This document shows, piece after piece, positions 59,187 through 64,000 of a DNA stretch of 64,000 nt. The position numbers and the translations under genes are program-made. A model generated the notes under the pieces. That model was not told where the DNA came from. It saw only the letters and a list, made by a program, of their open reading frames with translations, and searched no databases. Numbering within the stretch: position 1 is the first letter of the stretch; every line of letters begins with the position of its first letter. Source of the DNA: an uncultured Verrucomicrobiota bacterium (lineage in GTDB: Bacteria; Verrucomicrobiota; Kiritimatiellia; CAIKKV01; CAITUY01); assembly GCA_964611575.1 (NCBI GenBank), contig CAZTAJ010000007.1, forward strand, positions 1,847-65,846, written 5' to 3'.

Positions 59187-59240
59187 CCATCAACCATTCC
59201 CCCTCAACCATTAACCATTCCCCTTGAACCCCGAACCCTG
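59178..59240. repeat. Heptamer array, 9 units, with a 21-bp higher-order period
   Basis: gaccatt-aaccatc-aaccatt-ccccctc-aaccatt-aaccatt-ccccttg-aaccccg-aaccctg. Confidence 0.88.
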
Positions 59241-59254
59241 AAAGCCAATTCCCC

Positions 59255-61942
59255 ATGAAGCCCATCCCTCCTGCCGTCCGGTTCTGGTTTGGCATCCTGA
59301 TCTTGCTGCTCATCCCCATCGCCGCTCTCTGGCCGGTCCTGAGTCACCCAGATGAAGTCCTGGCTTTCAATGACGGCAATATCGAATCGGTGCTGTCGCC
59401 GATGGTTCACTTTCCCGACGCCTTGTTACGAATATGGGACAATCAAACCTTTTTCGGACAAGGCATCGGCCAGGCATCCCTGAACATACAGGGCATCAGC
59501 GAGTCTCTCTTGGGACCCCACCACACGCGCCGCGAAGGTGTGGCCGTGGTGCTGTTCCTGTGCGGGCTCGCCGTCTACTGGTTCATCCGGCAACTGGCAT
59601 TCTCGCGCTTCGCGGCTTTCTTCACCGCCGCCGTCATCATGCTGTCGGGCTTCTCGTTCTCCTTTGCCGTGGTGGGACTGTACGTGCGGCCGGTCGCCAT
59701 CGCCTTCGGCGCGCTATCGCTGGGCTTTGCTGAACGCGGCCGCTTGACCGGCAAGTGGCTGAACTATGCCCTGGCAGGCGGTTTTCTGGGTCTGGCCGTG
59801 GCCGAGGTGCCGGATGTGGGAGCCTTGCTGGCCATCTGCTGTGCGGTGTATGTCGCCTGGTCACACCTCTTCCTGGACGGTCCTGTGGCATGGATTCCGC
59901 CGGCCATCCAAGAAGGTGGTGCGAGGGCCTCCCGCTCCGCCGAGACAGAGCGCAAATCGAAGAGGCGCGGCGAGGACGCCGTCGCCCTACCCGGAAAACA
60001 GGCCACAATTCCCGATGACGCGCAAATTGCCACCGCAATATCTGGTCCTCGATTCTCCCCCCCCCGCCTCATGCGTCTTGCCGGGGTACTGCTCCTCTAT
60101 GCCGCTTGCAGTCTGCTGCTGGCATGGCAGACGATGGGCATCATGTTCCAGACGCAAATCAAGGGCGTCACACAGGGTTCGGCCGAGGACCCCCAAGCTC
60201 GCTACGACTGGGCCACCCAATGGAGCGTGCCCAAGGCTGAAACCTGGGATTTTGTCGCCTCCACGTATTTCGGGAGTTCGATGCATTCCGAATCGGCTCC
60301 CTACTGGGGCGGACTGGGCCGTGGTGCGGATTGGGACTCGGGTCACAAGGGGTTCCGCAATTTCAAACTGACCGGTTGGCACCTCGGAGTCGTGCCATCC
60401 ATTCTGCTGCTCGCCCTGGCCATCAGCCTGTTCACCCCGACACAGCGCCGCTTGTGGGACGCCAATTCCCGGCGCCTCGCGTGGTTTGTGCTCGGCATGA
60501 TCGGCGTCACACTCATGTTCAGTTGGGGCCGCTATTTCCCGGCCTACCGCCTCGTCTATGCGCTGCCGTTCTTCAGCACCATCCGCAATCCCGACAAGTG
60601 GATAGAGCCATTGACGCTGTTTGCCGGCATGGGGCTGGCGCTGGTGCTGCATAACGTCTTGCGCCGTGACGAGGCCGGACGGCTGTTGCGTACGGGCCTG
60701 CTCAAGTCCTGCGGCCTGGCCGCTGCCGCCATCGCCGCCATCGCGTTGATCCTGCTCTTCAAGGACCTGGGACGACAGGCGGGCTTTGTGGCGGACCTGG
60801 CGGCACAAGGTTTCGGCGATATCGGACAGCAGGCCTGGTTGCACGCGGTCAGGACATCGGCCAAGGTTCTGGCCATCGCCGTGACGGCCGGCGCGCTGTG
60901 CGGGCTGGCGCTCTTGCGCCCGGCCAGGCCTTTCCTGAGCGCTGGGGTGCTGGCATGTGGGTTGGCTTTGCTCACGGGCGCCGACATGCTCCACACCAAC
61001 TCCTTCTACGTGCAGCGCCACGCCTACAAGGCCATCCTCGCTCCGAACCCGCTCTACACGTTCCTGGACGAGCACCGGCACGAAGGCCGGCTCAAACTCC
61101 TGCCCCCGCAGCATCCCCTGCTCAACAATCTGCGCATGACCCTCCTGGTCGCCAAAGGCTACGACCTCTTCGACCCCGTCAGCATCTCCCGCATGCCTTC
61201 CGACTATGCGGCATTCTTCACAGCTTTCGACAAGAACCCGGTTCGGATGTGGGAACTGGCGGGCATCCGGCATTTCGTCACCCTCCCGGGCGCGGTCGAT
61301 CAGTTGAACCAGATGGACCGTCCGGCGCAACGTTTTGTGGAGCGGCTGGCCTTGGGAGTCGGGATCCTTGACGGCCAATATGTGCCGGTCGAATCCACCC
61401 GACCCGACCAGCGGCCCTTGCGTATCGTCGAGTTCACGGGAGCACTGCCAAAATATCGTCTGGTAGGCAAGGCAGACCTCGTTCCCCCGACAGTGGACGG
61501 CGAGCGAACGGCGCTGGCTCGACTGTCGGCTCCGGGATTTGATGCCACATACGAAGCCCTGGTGCATGCCAAAGAGGCGCCGGAACTGGGATCTGGTTCA
61601 TCCAATGGCGTAGTCCGCATTGAAAGCGAGATGCCAACGGAAGCTCGCGTGACTGTGTCGTGTTCCACCCCGAGCCTGTTGGTTCGCGCCACCAAGTTCA
61701 ATGACGACTGGAAAGCGACCATCGATGGCCGGGCGACCGAAGTGCTGCGCGTCAACTCTGTCTTCCAAGGGGTCGTCGTTCCGACCGGCGCCCACGACGT
61801 GGAGTTTGCCTACCGGCCATCGCTCCATGCCTTGATGGTTGCTGCTGGCAGCCGTGCGCTATTGTTGTTGGGCGTGATAGTCGCCCTGGTAATGAAACGA
61901 TCGCACTGGCGGCCCCACAGGTCCGCCGAGACTGTAGGCTGA
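59255..61942 (+). CDS. YfhO-like GT-C membrane protein
   Basis: Many TMs; LPFFSTIRNPDKW; C-terminal WKATIDG...VN..FQGVVVP.G.HDVEF.Y.P. Confidence 0.8.
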   Translation: MKPIPPAVRFWFGILILLLIPIAALWPVLSHPDEVLAFNDGNIESVLSPMVHFPDALLRIWDNQTFFGQGIGQASLNIQGISESLLGPHHTRREGVAVVLFLCGLAVYWFIRQLAFSRFAAFFTAAVIMLSGFSFSFAVVGLYVRPVAIAFGALSLGFAERGRLTGKWLNYALAGGFLGLAVAEVPDVGALLAICCAVYVAWSHLFLDGPVAWIPPAIQEGGARASRSAETERKSKRRGEDAVALPGKQATIPDDAQIATAISGPRFSPPRLMRLAGVLLLYAACSLLLAWQTMGIMFQTQIKGVTQGSAEDPQARYDWATQWSVPKAETWDFVASTYFGSSMHSESAPYWGGLGRGADWDSGHKGFRNFKLTGWHLGVVPSILLLALAISLFTPTQRRLWDANSRRLAWFVLGMIGVTLMFSWGRYFPAYRLVYALPFFSTIRNPDKWIEPLTLFAGMGLALVLHNVLRRDEAGRLLRTGLLKSCGLAAAAIAAIALILLFKDLGRQAGFVADLAAQGFGDIGQQAWLHAVRTSAKVLAIAVTAGALCGLALLRPARPFLSAGVLACGLALLTGADMLHTNSFYVQRHAYKAILAPNPLYTFLDEHRHEGRLKLLPPQHPLLNNLRMTLLVAKGYDLFDPVSISRMPSDYAAFFTAFDKNPVRMWELAGIRHFVTLPGAVDQLNQMDRPAQRFVERLALGVGILDGQYVPVESTRPDQRPLRIVEFTGALPKYRLVGKADLVPPTVDGERTALARLSAPGFDATYEALVHAKEAPELGSGSSNGVVRIESEMPTEARVTVSCSTPSLLVRATKFNDDWKATIDGRATEVLRVNSVFQGVVVPTGAHDVEFAYRPSLHALMVAAGSRALLLLGVIVALVMKRSHWRPHRSAETVG
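59915..59991. repeat. REP/REPIN-like inverted element lying in-frame in the YfhO-like gene
   Basis: Right arm cggcgaggacgccgtcgccctacc (reverse complement GGTAGGGCGACGGCGTCCTCGCCG); decayed left arm ggtggtgcgagggcctcccgctccg. Confidence 0.65.
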
Positions 61943-62104
61943 AGGCTGAAGCGCAAACAACCAGATGTCCCCAAGGCGGGCTACCGCCCACAACCCAATG
62001 GGAGGGCGCGCATGTCTTGCCCGACGTAGCCTTGGCGAAGTCGGGTGCGCGCCGCGGACGGGACACCTCCCACTGACAGCCTTCAGCCTTCAGTCTTCAG
62101 CCTT
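61928..62104. repeat. Nested repeat complex: inverted heptamer arrays enclosing a REP-like hairpin, which encloses a short palindrome
   Basis: (a/t)aggctg units on the left and cagcctt x4 on the right; tgggagggcgcgca...tgcgcgcc...cctccca; core cccgacgtagccttggcgaagtcggg. Confidence 0.8.
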
Positions 62105-62892
62105 CTACTGGCTACGAGCAGGATGTCTCTGGCGAACAGGCGGAAGGGCCAGATGTCGGCCAGACGGTCGAGTGCGTCGAACAATCTCTGGTACTTGTTC
62201 GCCAACCACGATGGAAACTGGGGGGCATAGATGACCCTCCTGAAGGCCACCGTCTCGAAGCCGAACCGGGCAAGAAACGACTGAATCTCCTGATCGCCCC
62301 ACCGGCGTTGATGGTAGTTGCGTCCGTAGAGCTTGTTGGCAATTTCCAGCCACGCCCATCGGCGTGGCAGATAAGAAACCAGCAAGTGCCCCCCAGGCTT
62401 GGTCACACGGCGGATCTGAGTCATCACCTCCTGCAGTTGGTCCTCGGGAATGTGCTCGATCACGCCGTACGCCACGACCGCGTCGAAGGCAGCGGGCTCG
62501 GCAGGGATGATGTTGTTCCAGTAGTGCTGGAAATGCAGCGTCGGATGCGCTGCCGTTAGAAGCGTCCATAGCAAGCGCTGTTCCGCGGCCATGCTGGTCG
62601 TTTGGTCGGCGAAACAATCGATATCGATGCCGTCGGCATCATGTCCCATGCCGGAAAACAGCCATCCGGCAATGCCGCTGCCGGCGCCGAAGTCCAGAAC
62701 ACGCGACTTCGCGCCGAGATGGCGAGCAAACACAACGAAATCGTCATAGAGCCGGTCCAGATATCGACGTGACGCCAGCATCTCCAACTGGTCATTCAGG
62801 AAGGGACAGTCCGCCGATGCCGCACGAATGGATGTGTCCACATGGGCGCGAAACTCGTCTATGAGGGAATCAAACTCCGCCCGACTGATCAT
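62083..62892 (-). CDS. Class I SAM-dependent methyltransferase
   Basis: VLDFGAGSG, FDAVV..VIEHI and RVTKPGG. Confidence 0.88.
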   Translation of the reverse strand: MISRAEFDSLIDEFRAHVDTSIRAASADCPFLNDQLEMLASRRYLDRLYDDFVVFARHLGAKSRVLDFGAGSGIAGWLFSGMGHDADGIDIDCFADQTTSMAAEQRLLWTLLTAAHPTLHFQHYWNNIIPAEPAAFDAVVAYGVIEHIPEDQLQEVMTQIRRVTKPGGHLLVSYLPRRWAWLEIANKLYGRNYHQRRWGDQEIQSFLARFGFETVAFRRVIYAPQFPSWLANKYQRLFDALDRLADIWPFRLFARDILLVASRRLKTEG

Positions 62893-63080
62893 GCTTTACT
62901 CCCGGCAATCGATGACACATGAAATTGCAGTGGCGTAGGCTATCGGAATGCCCGTGGGCAGACAAGCGATTTGGGGCGTGCCTCTCTGCACGTTTTTGCG
63001 TTCCATTCGTCACCAGCCACAGCTATGATTTGTTGACGTGCGACGCTTGAGCGGCCCAGGTGGTACAGTTGGGGTGAAAC

Positions 63081-64000
63081 GTGCGAATTCTATTTGTTGT
63101 GATGGGGTACATTGAGTCGGATCGGCCATCCGTCAGTGGCGGCGATATGCGCTGGCTGAAGTTTGCCCAGTGGTTGACCGACCACGGCCACACCGTCACG
63201 GTGCTGTCGACCGCCGCCTGCGGGCATTTCCTGACCAAATGCGACTGCCGGGCCAAATTCATTTCTGTCGGGAATATGGGTGGCGCGACACCACTCAACG
63301 GGATCAAGCGCATTCTCTATGCGATTGGCGTGGTGCCACGTCTGCGGAAGCAGTTCGACTGCGTGTATTCGGTCTCCGACTTGATCCATGACGTGCTGCC
63401 CGGCTTCCTCCTGAAACTGTTTTCGCGCGTCAAGTGGGTGGTCGTCTGCCATTGGGTGACCCCGCTGACCGGCCGAAAGACGCGCGCGTTGTCGGCGCTA
63501 TTGTTCTTTGCAGGCAACAAGATGGGGAGTCTTCTGTCCGGGTACGCCGATCTCCTCCTGTGCGTATCCGAACCTACGCTTGCCAAGGTCAGAAAGCAGT
63601 GGTGGATCCACAACGATCGAACGAGCGAAGTTGGCTGTGGAACCGACCTGGCCATGGCGAGCGGGGGACAAACCTCTCCCAAACAGATCGATGCCATCAA
63701 CATCAAACGCATCGCGCTCGCCAAAGGCACGTATGACCTCCCGGAGATATGGCGCCTGGTGCGACAATCCCTCCCAGCAGCCCGGTTGATGATCTGCGGA
63801 GAAGGGTCCGACGAGGAGGTCACGACCTTGAGACAATTGATCGACCAGGCCGGGATGAAGGATGCCATCGAATACCCAGGCGTGATTTACGATCAGGAGC
63901 GCAAGTATGCGCTCCTGCATTCCGCCCGTGTATTCGTGCTCCCCAGTTACGAGGAGAACTGGGCCATCGTGATTGGCGAGGCGCTTGCGTCAGGACTTGA
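63081..64000 (+). CDS. Glycosyltransferase family 4 (3' end outside the window)
   Basis: Manual translation from GTG: MRILFVVMG..SGGDMR...; ends FVLPSYEENWAIVIGEALASGL (E-x7-E motif). Not in the ORF track because it has no stop in the window. Confidence 0.88.
   Translation, partial: MRILFVVMGYIESDRPSVSGGDMRWLKFAQWLTDHGHTVTVLSTAACGHFLTKCDCRAKFISVGNMGGATPLNGIKRILYAIGVVPRLRKQFDCVYSVSDLIHDVLPGFLLKLFSRVKWVVVCHWVTPLTGRKTRALSALLFFAGNKMGSLLSGYADLLLCVSEPTLAKVRKQWWIHNDRTSEVGCGTDLAMASGGQTSPKQIDAINIKRIALAKGTYDLPEIWRLVRQSLPAARLMICGEGSDEEVTTLRQLIDQAGMKDAIEYPGVIYDQERKYALLHSARVFVLPSYEENWAIVIGEALASGL

Noticed and set aside
59178-59240. Repeat arrays as CRISPR
   Set aside because: Units are 7 bp and contiguous with no unique spacers; no cas genes in the window.

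Overview
GC-rich bacterial chromosomal window. The gene content (large single-chain PurL, exosortase/EPS locus, anaerobe-type oxidative-stress genes, DUF2961) suggests an anaerobic PVC-group organism such as Kiritimatiellia; this is inference only. In order: cutA(partial)-metXW fusion-cysE-purL; a zinc-ribbon gene, a gene remnant, HU, galK, hicBA and a divergent ligA; a long minus-strand run with a sigma54 activator carrying an ArsC/LMW-PTP-like sensor, a sigma54 promoter, rubredoxin, rubrerythrin, desulfoferrodoxin, ferritin, dsbD, zwf and pgl; an exosortase/EPS locus (beta-barrel, giant exosortase-TPR fusion, wza, wzc, priming glycosyltransferase, EpsI-like gene); pyrE, LysR, comM, a PAS kinase and lipA; an AmmeMemoRadiSam locus whose proteins carry export signals; vapBC and a DUF2961 lipoprotein; and a surface-glycan cluster with a transaldolase-fed NDP-heptose/octose pathway. 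I saw no rRNA, tRNA, CRISPR array or transposase. Best candidates for something new: (1) an apparently exported AmmeMemoRadiSam system with a pseudo-spermidine-synthase membrane partner; (2) a thiol-sensing sigma54 circuit driving the oxidative-stress operon; (3) heptamer tandem arrays of differing sequence, often as inverted pairs, that supply stop codons and sit in-frame inside genes; (4) the exosortase-TPR fusion. All product calls rest on motif recognition; no database search was run.
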